From an uncultured Alphaproteobacteria bacterium (GTDB taxonomy: Bacteria; Pseudomonadota; Alphaproteobacteria; Methylaequorales; Methylaequoraceae), in the NCBI GenBank assembly GCA_902550225.1, contig CACCYL010000002.1, forward strand, positions 13,539 to 77,538: 64,000 nucleotides of DNA. The letters are read 5' to 3'. Position 1 is the stretch's first letter. Each line of letters starts with the position of its first letter. A program made the position numbers and the translations under genes. Positions 31,415 to 40,656 of this stretch are shown piece after piece. The notes under the pieces are model-generated. The model did not search any database and was not told where the DNA came from. It was given only the letters and a program-made list of their open reading frames with translations.

Positions 31415-31851
31415 GAAAATATCCTTTGAGATAATCTATAGTGAATCTGAAGCGCTAAAGCTCTTATTACGTTGGGAGAGTCCTTAGTTAGTTTTACAAG
31501 ATCAGCTTTGGTAATTGGAAGTTTTTGGTTATCTGATTTTCCTAATTCCTTAGACATTTCATTAATTACTTTATGAAGATCAATGTTAGAGGATAATAAA
31601 ATAGCTTCCAACGCCTTTCTTTTTATTTCAACAATTTCACTTGGTACAATTGCTTTTATGCTCGCAGTTCTGTTTTCATTTAGAATTAAAGACAATTCTC
31701 CAAAGATTTCACCTGTTTCAATTTTTCCTATCTTTTTTCCTTCAATTTCTGCAACTAGTCCACCTGAAATAACTAGAAAAGCTGTTTCTCCTTTTTCGCC
31801 CTCTCGAACAATATATTGATCTGGAAGAACTCTTATTTTTTTTAAACCCAT
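31411..31851 (-). CDS. Stand-alone cyclic-nucleotide-binding protein
   Basis: IVREGEKG, FGELSLILNENRTAS; paralog of 30947. Confidence 0.9.
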   Translation of the reverse strand: MGLKKIRVLPDQYIVREGEKGETAFLVISGGLVAEIEGKKIGKIETGEIFGELSLILNENRTASIKAIVPSEIVEIKRKALEAILLSSNIDLHKVINEMSKELGKSDNQKLPITKADLVKLTKDSPNVIRALALQIHYRLSQRIFS

Positions 31852-31866
31852 TTAAACCTAATTTTT

Positions 31867-34242
31867 TTATTTAGAGGTTGCGACAAAAACACCATCCCAA
31901 TCTTTTGGGGGAGGATACTTTTTAAATTCATTAATTCTTTCTGTCATCATTTCATAGTAATCTTTCATTAAATTTTTACAAAGTGTTTTTGCCTGAGTCA
32001 TTTCCTCGACAGCATCTTTCCAATTTTGATTAAAATAATGATTTAATACATTTTTATGCTTTTTTTCAAGATTTTTGAAATCAACACTATTTTTAAAACT
32101 TGGATCACCAAGTAAACAAAAAATTGATACAGCTTCTTTTTTTCCTTTTACTGCTAGCATATCAAGTTGGAGTGTAGCAAAAGTATCTTTAACAGCATCG
32201 TTTGTTTCTTGCCCAATAACTGTTTTAACTCCATAACCTTTTGATTGACCTTCAAGACGTGATGCTAGATTTACTGCGTCTCCCAGTACTGAATAGTCAA
32301 ACCTTTGATCCGATCCCATATTTCCAACAACACAACCTCCGGTATTTAGTCCAATTCCAATTTTTAATTCCAAAAAATCTTTATTTTCTGACTTCGCTTC
32401 TTGCTCTCTGATATCGTTAAGTTCTTTTAGTGCTTTATGCATACTTAATGCTGCTTCACAAGAAACTTGCTCATGTTTATCAACATCTATAGGTGCATTC
32501 CAAAAAGCCATAATACAATCTCCCATATATTTATCGATTGTTCCGTTTTTATTTATGATTTCATTAGTAAGAGGTGTTAAAAATCTATTTATAAGTTTTG
32601 TTAGGCCTTGAGGATCTGATTTAAAAGCTTCTGAAATTGTTGTAAATCCTCTTACATCACAAAAAAGAAATGTCATTTTTTTTGTTTCTCCACCCAAAAC
32701 TAATTTATCAGGATCTTCAGCTAATTGTTCCACTAAAGCGGGAGATAGATATTGAGAAAATGCACCCCTTATTTGTTTTTTCTCATTGGCATCACGTAAA
32801 TAGTTTGCAAAGGTGTTACTAAAATAAATTACAAAAGTTGTTACACCTGCAAAGGTTGGATCAAATAAAGTTTTATGTTCAGTAAATAATCTTACACTAA
32901 TATAAAATGCTGAACTTATTATGGTTACAAGTGATGAAATATTTACAATTGGACCAAACTTTAATGCAGATACTGTGATAAATAATGCAAGCAAAATTGT
33001 AAAGAGTGCTTCATAAAATTTCATATTTGCACCAGATTTCAAAAAAGGTGATCCTGAAATTTTAACTTTGTTTTTTTCAATTATTGCTTCTTCTTCACTT
33101 AAACCTTTTTTTAATGCATCTTTATAAACTTTTTCAGAATTTTTTGTGGAAGTATAATAAAGAATTGCTGAAATGACTGTATCAATGAGATTTGCATGAA
33201 TTTCGACACCTGGCATTCTTTCATCGACTGGAGTGGGTCTAATATCCTTTAACCCAGTGGCCGATGTGCCTAATATACCAAGTTTTCCTTGTAATCTATC
33301 TTTGCCGACCCTTCCTTTAATTATATCCACTGCACTTACATAATACCTTGATTTGCCTTCTTTAACTTTTCCAGCATCTGAATCACCATAATAAATCCAC
33401 ACTCTACCATTCTCATCAGTCGGAATAGCAGCATTACCAATAGCTTTAGTTTGAATTATTATTTCTTTAATTCCCGTCAAACCTGTCCTAGTGGCAATAC
33501 TATTTCCTTGAAACGCAACCCTTATCATATCAAGCCCAAGAGTTGGTCTGATTTCACCTGCAACATTTGATATTAAAGGTACTCTTCTAATAATACCATC
33601 TGGTTCTTGTGCAACTGAAACTGTACCAGACCCAGAAGCAGCTTTTTCAAACTCTGTCACATTAGCAAGCAATCCAGGATAAGATATCAACCATTCCTTT
33701 GGATTTTTACCTTTGCCAATAAAAACTTTTACAGATGAATCGTTTATATCATTTCTGTTTGCATCACCTTCAATATCTAATCCCGAGTGACCAATTATTA
33801 CAGGGAACTCATTCATAGCTTCCATTGCTAAAAACTCATTAGAGGGAAGTTCACTTAGTAGTTTGGCAATATTTGGGTTTCGTTTTTCTAAATCTTGAGA
33901 AATCAAATCGGGTGAAGTCCTGTCTTTTTCTGCAAATAGAACATCTAGGCCTAAAACGAGCATGCCCGATTCTTTAGATTTTTTAAAAAGATCAGCAAGT
34001 ACAGTTCTTGGCCACGGCCATTGACCAATTTCTCTAAGAGATTTTTCATCAATATCTACTATTACGGAATAAGTTTGACCATCCGTAGACCTTGGGAATT
34101 TTTTTTGAAGAACATCAAAATACTTTAGTCTAAGAACTTCTACTACTTCAGGATCAGCTATACGAACCAAACCAAAAAGAATAGCCATTAATACAGAAGC
34201 AATAGTAACAATTAGTCTAAAACTTAGCTTAAATTTGATCAT
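31867..34242 (-). CDS. CHASE2-domain adenylate cyclase
   Basis: IVDIDEKSL..GQWPWPR, DGIIRRVPL, GVEIHAN, 3 TM segments, FCDVRGFT, DKYMGDC, YSVLGDAVNLASRLE. Confidence 0.95.
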   Translation of the reverse strand: MIKFKLSFRLIVTIASVLMAILFGLVRIADPEVVEVLRLKYFDVLQKKFPRSTDGQTYSVIVDIDEKSLREIGQWPWPRTVLADLFKKSKESGMLVLGLDVLFAEKDRTSPDLISQDLEKRNPNIAKLLSELPSNEFLAMEAMNEFPVIIGHSGLDIEGDANRNDINDSSVKVFIGKGKNPKEWLISYPGLLANVTEFEKAASGSGTVSVAQEPDGIIRRVPLISNVAGEIRPTLGLDMIRVAFQGNSIATRTGLTGIKEIIIQTKAIGNAAIPTDENGRVWIYYGDSDAGKVKEGKSRYYVSAVDIIKGRVGKDRLQGKLGILGTSATGLKDIRPTPVDERMPGVEIHANLIDTVISAILYYTSTKNSEKVYKDALKKGLSEEEAIIEKNKVKISGSPFLKSGANMKFYEALFTILLALFITVSALKFGPIVNISSLVTIISSAFYISVRLFTEHKTLFDPTFAGVTTFVIYFSNTFANYLRDANEKKQIRGAFSQYLSPALVEQLAEDPDKLVLGGETKKMTFLFCDVRGFTTISEAFKSDPQGLTKLINRFLTPLTNEIINKNGTIDKYMGDCIMAFWNAPIDVDKHEQVSCEAALSMHKALKELNDIREQEAKSENKDFLELKIGIGLNTGGCVVGNMGSDQRFDYSVLGDAVNLASRLEGQSKGYGVKTVIGQETNDAVKDTFATLQLDMLAVKGKKEAVSIFCLLGDPSFKNSVDFKNLEKKHKNVLNHYFNQNWKDAVEEMTQAKTLCKNLMKDYYEMMTERINEFKKYPPPKDWDGVFVATSK

Positions 34243-35963
34243 GGTTCTGCAAAACTATTACCGAGGGTTCTTATAAGTGGATAAATAAAATACGTAATTA
34301 ATCTTCTTTGCCCAACTCTAAATTTTCCTGAGACTTTCATTCCTGGCATTAAATTAAATCCTGGAGGAATATCTTTTAACTCATTTTCTGTTATTTGAGC
34401 TCTAGCCCTATAAAAATTTCCAGGTTTTCCATCGACGTCTTTATCAATTGTGTCAGCAGAAACATAAATGAGCTTTCCTTTTAACTCACCGTGTTTTTGT
34501 GCTGGAAGGGCATTGAGTTGAATTTTAACAGATGTATCCGGAATCAGTTTACTAATATCAGAAGGATCAACATCAAAAACAGTTAATAACTCCACACCTG
34601 TTGGTACCAATGTAACAACACTTTTACCTTGTGTTATTACTGCTCCAGGATATAGAGAATGAAGGTCTAGAATCATACCGTCAGAGGGCGCTCTTACTAC
34701 AACATCAGTTTGTTGTCTTTCAAGTTTTTTTACATCTTCTTGTAGCGACATTCTTTGATCCTCTAATCCAACAAGCTCATCGTTTATTCCTCCAAAAAAT
34801 TGACTGTTATATTCTTTTCTATTAGATTTTAATTCGCTTAGTTTATTGCTTGTTTTTGTGAATTCTTTTTCTAAAGATAGTCTTTTGTTTTTCTCAGCTA
34901 AAACTTGTGATTCTGCTACTAGATCAAGTTCAAATAACTCCAACTTTGAATCTTCTAGCTGCTTTTGTATATCAAGTTGTTCCTTTATAAACTTCAAATC
35001 GTCTTCTGTGGAACCTATTTGTTGATCTAAGGAAGCAATCTTTGCTAAATATTGGTCTTTTTTATCTTTGAAGATTCTGCTTTGTCTTTCGTCATTTGGA
35101 TTTGCAACCGAAACATTATTCCTCAACAATGACTGCTTTTTTAGTCTATCAATTTTTGAATTAACAACTGAAAGCTGATAATCAAGTTTCATTTTATCGG
35201 CTCTTTGAAGTGTAGCATCGAATGTTACGAGTGGATCTCCTTGATTGACACTTTCACCTTTTTTAACAAGTATTTCTTTAACAACAGAATTATAGTTTGA
35301 TTGAACCTCTACATTTGGAACAACGGTAGTTATTTTTCCAGAAGCAGAAATTGTAGTATCAATTTCAGAAATAGTGCCCCAACTAATTAAAAATAAAACT
35401 AGGAAACCAAATGAATAAACTGACATTTTAACAGAACGAGGTACCTGTTTTGTTTTAATTCTATCAATGTCGTCATCAAATTCATCTAATAATTCACTCA
35501 TCATTTTTTTCTTTGATCTATTTTCTTTTTCTTCCTCAGTTAAAACCTCTTCTTGATCTTTGTTATTTTCATTTTCATTGCCAGATTCGAAAGCATCTAC
35601 AGATAATTTTTCGTTTGCATTTCTGGCGTAGCTTGCAAGCTGCTGCATCATATTAAAAGCGGTTTGTGGAGAGTTTTTGAGATAGCCTAGTAAAGCATTT
35701 TGATCAATTTCTTTTACCGTTGTCTCAACTGTCGCTCTTGCCATCGCACTTCTTGGTTGTTTGTCAATTAATGCCATTTCTCCAAACAATGCACCTTTTT
35801 CAAGTATTGATAAAGTGACGTATTCGTCACCGTTGAATTTGCATACCTCTATTTTTCCTTTTACTATTTGATAGGCATAGTCTCCAACTTCACCTTCTCT
35901 AAAAAGTACATCACCTGCAGCTAAATTTCTAACAGCCGGTTGTATATTTTTTTTATCAGCCAT
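34239..35963 (-). CDS. HlyD family membrane fusion protein with N-terminal cNMP-binding domain
   Basis: LFREGEVGD...FGEMALIDKQPRSA, then TM, coiled coil, RAPSDG, LMPGM. Confidence 0.92.
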   Translation of the reverse strand: MADKKNIQPAVRNLAAGDVLFREGEVGDYAYQIVKGKIEVCKFNGDEYVTLSILEKGALFGEMALIDKQPRSAMARATVETTVKEIDQNALLGYLKNSPQTAFNMMQQLASYARNANEKLSVDAFESGNENENNKDQEEVLTEEEKENRSKKKMMSELLDEFDDDIDRIKTKQVPRSVKMSVYSFGFLVLFLISWGTISEIDTTISASGKITTVVPNVEVQSNYNSVVKEILVKKGESVNQGDPLVTFDATLQRADKMKLDYQLSVVNSKIDRLKKQSLLRNNVSVANPNDERQSRIFKDKKDQYLAKIASLDQQIGSTEDDLKFIKEQLDIQKQLEDSKLELFELDLVAESQVLAEKNKRLSLEKEFTKTSNKLSELKSNRKEYNSQFFGGINDELVGLEDQRMSLQEDVKKLERQQTDVVVRAPSDGMILDLHSLYPGAVITQGKSVVTLVPTGVELLTVFDVDPSDISKLIPDTSVKIQLNALPAQKHGELKGKLIYVSADTIDKDVDGKPGNFYRARAQITENELKDIPPGFNLMPGMKVSGKFRVGQRRLITYFIYPLIRTLGNSFAEP

Positions 35964-35969
35964 TTTAAT

Positions 35970-38141
35970 TTATCCGGCCTTTTTTAAAGATTTAATTTTG
36001 TTCTCTACGCCTAAAATAGACATTTGCTTATTATACGTTTGACCAAAATAACCTGAAATTTGTCTTAATTCTTCAAAAGAACCCTGTTGAGATATTTTCC
36101 CCTTTTCAAGCACAAAGATTTTGTTACAAAGTCGAAGATGCCAAACCCTGTTTGATACGATAATTATCGTTCTACCAAGTGCAATATCTGATAGTGCATC
36201 GTATAATTTTATTTCACTGTCAACATCAAAACCTGTGAAAGCATCATCAAGTATCATGATACGAGGGTTTCTAATAAGTGCTCTGGCAATTGCTAGTTTT
36301 TGTCTTAAGCCAGTTGCAAGATTTGTGGCATTTTCCTCTAAGAATGTTTCATATCCATCAGGATAAGACTCAATTTCTTCATGTGCGAAAACTTTTTTCG
36401 CAGCCCAAGTTATCCTGTCCATGGAGGAATTTGGCATTGCACTCGCTATTGTTTCTCTTATTGTTCCTGGAAAAAAATAACTATCTGTTCCAACCAATGA
36501 AACCTGTGATCTTACATGACTAAGATCCAGTAAACGTAGATCTATATTATCCAGAGCCACGATACCAGCCTGGGGTCTATATAGACCCTGAATTAGTTTT
36601 GCGATAGTACTTTTTCCACATCCACTTTTACCTGTAATACCAATTATCTGTCTTGGATTAATTTCAATATCAATATCATTTAATACTTTTGTATTATCAT
36701 CGTATCCAAACTCAACATTTTTAAAACTAACTTGTCCCATAAGTTGAGGTTTTTGGCCTCTGACAGTTGTTTCGGAGTTTGCATCCACTATTCCTGATAT
36801 AATCTGAAGAGATTGAACTAATTTTGTTATTTCTGTTTTAAGTGTAACTAGATCAATTATTGGCTTTGATACTCTGCCGGCAAGCATATTAAAACCTACT
36901 AAAATCCCAGCTGAAAGAGATCCAGAAAATACAAGATGCACCCCTACAAAAATAACCATTGCAGTCATAAGTTGATTTATGGTTGATGAAATATTGTTTA
37001 AAACTGCTGACTTTTTTTGCATTTCTTCATTTGCAATAATATAATTTGCTTCCAAATCTCTCCACTGATCTTTCAAATTAGGTTCAAGAGCAAGTCCCTT
37101 AACATTCTCAATTCCGTTAACAGCAACAGAAATAAATTCTTGTCTTTTTGATTCAGCCTTACTTAAACCAGCGAGCGAATCTCTTTGTTTTTTTGAGTAA
37201 AACATTGATGCTAAAGCTCCTAATATACTAAAAGAAAACACAACAATAAATAGTAATGGGCTATAAAAAAATAGAATGGGAACAAAAACAAGTAAACTAA
37301 TTGAGTCCAGTGCTGTTGAGAAAACTTTTTGCGTCAGAAGGCTTTTGATCTGCGATATTTGGCCTGTGAATCTCAAAAAAGTAGCTGATTCTTTATGAAA
37401 CCTTTGCATTGGTAAAGCAATTAATTTTTCAAAAACTTTAACTGAAAGTTTCGCCTCAACCTTTTGTGAGAAAAAATCAAGAAGATATGACTTTAAATAC
37501 CCGAGTATTCCGTTAAATACATAAGCAACAACTACACCTGAAGTTATAACATATAAAGTTGAATAAGCTTCATAGTTTACAACCTTATCCAAAACCAACA
37601 TCATGAAAACAGCTGGTATAACTGCGAAAATGTTTAAAATCAAAGCTACAATTACAACTTGAAACATAACAGACTTGTTTCTAAAGGATTCACCTATTAG
37701 CCATCCAATTTTTAATTCACTGTCTTCTTCAAATTTTTTAAGTTTGGCTTTAAGAAGTATTACTTCTCCGTTCCAGCCTTTTTTTAATTCTTTTAAATTA
37801 ATTTGTTGAGGTTTCGGACTGGTAACACCAGTATCAAGACATAAAATTGACTTATCATCATCTTTTTCACCCTGAATAACTCTTAAAGCTATTATGTATC
37901 TTCCATTTTTAAGTCTTAAGATCTGTTGTTTTTTAGACAAGAGCTTTACTAGTTCCTTCTCGCTAATTTTGGTTGCTTTTGCTTTTAAATCAAAGGATTG
38001 AGCTAAGTCACACATTTCAGAGGTTCTAAGTTCTCTATCCTCAATTTGAAATCTTTCTGGAATATCATTTGGACCAATATGAACACCTAATTGTCTTGCA
38101 ACTAGAATAATTGATTTTTGAGAACCTCGCATCGCTTCCAT
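35970..38141 (-). CDS. T1SS ABC transporter with C39-like domain and degenerate ATPase motifs
   Basis: N-terminal C39-like region ending WNGEVIL with no evident catalytic Cys; Walker A GKSGCGKS; LATGL signature; Walker B IMILDD; IVSNR switch. Confidence 0.9.
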   Translation of the reverse strand: MEAMRGSQKSIILVARQLGVHIGPNDIPERFQIEDRELRTSEMCDLAQSFDLKAKATKISEKELVKLLSKKQQILRLKNGRYIIALRVIQGEKDDDKSILCLDTGVTSPKPQQINLKELKKGWNGEVILLKAKLKKFEEDSELKIGWLIGESFRNKSVMFQVVIVALILNIFAVIPAVFMMLVLDKVVNYEAYSTLYVITSGVVVAYVFNGILGYLKSYLLDFFSQKVEAKLSVKVFEKLIALPMQRFHKESATFLRFTGQISQIKSLLTQKVFSTALDSISLLVFVPILFFYSPLLFIVVFSFSILGALASMFYSKKQRDSLAGLSKAESKRQEFISVAVNGIENVKGLALEPNLKDQWRDLEANYIIANEEMQKKSAVLNNISSTINQLMTAMVIFVGVHLVFSGSLSAGILVGFNMLAGRVSKPIIDLVTLKTEITKLVQSLQIISGIVDANSETTVRGQKPQLMGQVSFKNVEFGYDDNTKVLNDIDIEINPRQIIGITGKSGCGKSTIAKLIQGLYRPQAGIVALDNIDLRLLDLSHVRSQVSLVGTDSYFFPGTIRETIASAMPNSSMDRITWAAKKVFAHEEIESYPDGYETFLEENATNLATGLRQKLAIARALIRNPRIMILDDAFTGFDVDSEIKLYDALSDIALGRTIIIVSNRVWHLRLCNKIFVLEKGKISQQGSFEELRQISGYFGQTYNKQMSILGVENKIKSLKKAG

Positions 38142-38173
38142 GACAATATAATATATTAATTTTTGATTTAATC

Positions 38174-38213
38174 AAAAAAAAAACCCCCTTAGAAACACCA
38201 AGAGGGTTTTTTT
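38174..38213 (-). terminator. Rho-independent terminator of the 38232-39218 gene
   Basis: Minus strand AAACCCTCTTGG-loop-CTAAGGGGGTTT followed by a long U tract. Confidence 0.85.
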
Positions 38214-38231
38214 ATTTATAAAGGTATAGGT

Positions 38232-39218
38232 TTAGACTACCTCACCACCATCATTTGGATCGTCAGGAGGTGGAGGCATATCTGCGGGCATATCACCTGG
38301 CATTGGCCCTGGATCTCCCGGAGGAGGTCCTTCTGGACCTTGATGTGCTCCCGCATCGTCCATGTGTGTATGCATGTCACCCATTCCATCCGGAGGAGGT
38401 GGAGGCATTCCATCGCCGTCCATGTCCATGCCTGGAGGAGGTCCCATTGGATCACCCGGAGGAGGTCCGCCTGGTTCTCCTGGAGGAGGTCCACCAGCTG
38501 GTCCACCTTCACCAAATAATGGATCTGGTCCTTCACCACCTGGAGGTGGTGGAGGCATTCCATCTCCATCCATATCCATGCCTGGAGGAGGTCCATCTGG
38601 TCCCATTCCGCCTGGACCCATATCACCTGGAGGAGGTCCGTCTGGTCCGCCGGCCATATCACCTGGAGGAGGTCCGTCTGGTCCCATTCCGCCTGGACTC
38701 ATATCACCTGGAGGAGGTCCATCTGGTCCCATTCCGCCTGGACCCATATCACCTGGAGGTGGTCCGTCTGGTCCGCCGGCCATATCACCTGGAGGAGGTC
38801 CACCTTCACCTGGAGGAGGTCCATCAGGAGCTCCTGGTAAATCACCAGGAGGCGGAGGTGGAGGAGCATCAGCACCTGGTCCCATGTCAGGAACAGGAGG
38901 CATATCAGGACCAAAATCCGAACATGGTCCGTCAGGACAACCATCTAAATGGGTGTCCATAACATCAGAGACAGCGTCAAAAGCCTCTTCTGCACTTGCA
39001 CCAGGGTTTTCAGCCATAAAATCGTTGTATGCACCTTGAGCTGTGTCAGCCATATTCATCATAACTTCGGGGGGCATACCTCCATCAGTCATAACGTCCA
39101 TTGCTGCAGTCATACATTCGTCAAAACTACCTCCACCTTGCATTACGTCAAACGCAGCAGAGCCTGCAGCGTCGCCGAGATCCATAAGTTCAGGAGGCAG
39201 TGTAGTAAAATCTGCCAT
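38232..39218 (-). CDS. Very acidic Pro/Gly/Asp/Met-rich repeat protein, candidate T1SS cargo
   Basis: AAGGAA RBS at 39225-39230, own terminator, located between tolC and ABC; GPDGPPPGDM repeats. Confidence 0.8.
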   Translation of the reverse strand: MADFTTLPPELMDLGDAAGSAAFDVMQGGGSFDECMTAAMDVMTDGGMPPEVMMNMADTAQGAYNDFMAENPGASAEEAFDAVSDVMDTHLDGCPDGPCSDFGPDMPPVPDMGPGADAPPPPPPGDLPGAPDGPPPGEGGPPPGDMAGGPDGPPPGDMGPGGMGPDGPPPGDMSPGGMGPDGPPPGDMAGGPDGPPPGDMGPGGMGPDGPPPGMDMDGDGMPPPPPGGEGPDPLFGEGGPAGGPPPGEPGGPPPGDPMGPPPGMDMDGDGMPPPPPDGMGDMHTHMDDAGAHQGPEGPPPGDPGPMPGDMPADMPPPPDDPNDGGEVV

Positions 39219-39330
39219 AATAAATTCCTTTATTAAATTGTAAGATTAAATTGTGTTAATACTTTAAAAAGTCGATACAGTCTATTTTAATCATATTTTA
39301 TTTTTCAATTTAAGCAAGCTTTAATTAATT

Positions 39331-40656
39331 TTATTTTTCAATTGTTTCAAAGTTTAAAATTCCGCATAATTTTAATAATTCAAAGGATGAAATAATAAGT
39401 TGATATTGTGCGTTTACTAAATTTGATTCAGAATCTGTTAATTCTTTTTGTGCATCTAGAATTTCCAATGTTGTTCTGGTACCAACACTAGCTTCTTTAG
39501 TTACTCCCTCAACTGCCATTAAATTTGACTCAACTGAAACCTCAAGGGAATCTATACTTGATTTGGAACTTTGTATTTTCTTCCATGCCGAATTAATTTG
39601 AAATTGTAAGTCAAGTTTTTTTGTCTCGATGGATTTAATAACTGAAAGTGCAGAATCTTTTGATTTTTCTAAATTTAACAAATTATGTCCTTTGTTAAAC
39701 AATGGAACCGTAACATTGGCAGTTACTGAGTATGAATCTGTTCTTTCAACTGTCCTTGATGGATCAAGTGATTTTCCTACTGAACCAGACAAAGAAAATT
39801 CTGGTGCAAAATTTAAATTATTTTTTCTTACATCCAATTTTGAGTTTATAAGTTGTAATTTTAATTTTCTATAATCTGGGTTCTTTTCCAAACCTGTTTG
39901 TATTGAATCTTCCAAAGATTTTGGAAGTTTTGGTATTTGCCCAAATTTTAACCAATCTTTTGGATTGGCGTCGACAATTTGGGCATTATTGGAATCAAAC
40001 CATTTGATATCTGGAGCTCTACCGACAATAGTTTTAAAATCAGAAATTGAAATTTCTAAGTTATTTTCAGCTTCTATTCTCTTTGAAGTAGCACCTGCTA
40101 ATCTTGCTTTAGCTTGAAAAACGTCAGTTTTAGTAACGTCTTTAAATTCGAATCGCTTTTCAGCAGCATTTAGTTTTTTTTCAAGAGTTTCTTCGTTCCT
40201 TTTTGAAACATCTAAAAGAAAATAATCCTTTAAGACAGTATAATAAGCTCTACTAGCTTTAAACAAAACATCTTGGACTGTGGCATAAAAGGTTAACTTT
40301 GCGATGTTCAAGTTATTTTTAGCTTGCTTGAAATTTATAGCTTTTGTGTAACCTAGAGGTTGAGATAAATCTACGTCGAACGTAGTTGGGTTGAAAGCGC
40401 TATCATTAATTCTAGATGTATCGGGATTACTTTTTGTAATTTTCCTTCCTTGTGAAGCTGAAAAATCAAGGGATGGAAGAAAATCTGTTTTTGAAATTTT
40501 TAAATCTTTTTCTGAAATTTTTAGTTCAGTTTTACTTTTTTCAATGTCTGGATAAAACTTATATGCATCTTTCAAAACATTGGAGAGTTCTTCAGAAATT
40601 GAAATAACGGGAAAAAATATCAATGCTAAGATAACCAGATTTAATTTGGATTTCAC
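39331..40656 (-). CDS. TolC family outer-membrane channel
   Basis: Signal peptide, FLPSLD, GTRTTLEILDAQ. Confidence 0.92.
   Translation of the reverse strand: MKSKLNLVILALIFFPVISISEELSNVLKDAYKFYPDIEKSKTELKISEKDLKISKTDFLPSLDFSASQGRKITKSNPDTSRINDSAFNPTTFDVDLSQPLGYTKAINFKQAKNNLNIAKLTFYATVQDVLFKASRAYYTVLKDYFLLDVSKRNEETLEKKLNAAEKRFEFKDVTKTDVFQAKARLAGATSKRIEAENNLEISISDFKTIVGRAPDIKWFDSNNAQIVDANPKDWLKFGQIPKLPKSLEDSIQTGLEKNPDYRKLKLQLINSKLDVRKNNLNFAPEFSLSGSVGKSLDPSRTVERTDSYSVTANVTVPLFNKGHNLLNLEKSKDSALSVIKSIETKKLDLQFQINSAWKKIQSSKSSIDSLEVSVESNLMAVEGVTKEASVGTRTTLEILDAQKELTDSESNLVNAQYQLIISSFELLKLCGILNFETIEK

Noticed and set aside
38237-39243. Plus-strand 225-aa and 235-aa ORFs and alternate minus frames
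   Set aside because: Only the 38232-39218 minus ORF has an RBS, a terminator and the same orientation as the flanking T1SS genes
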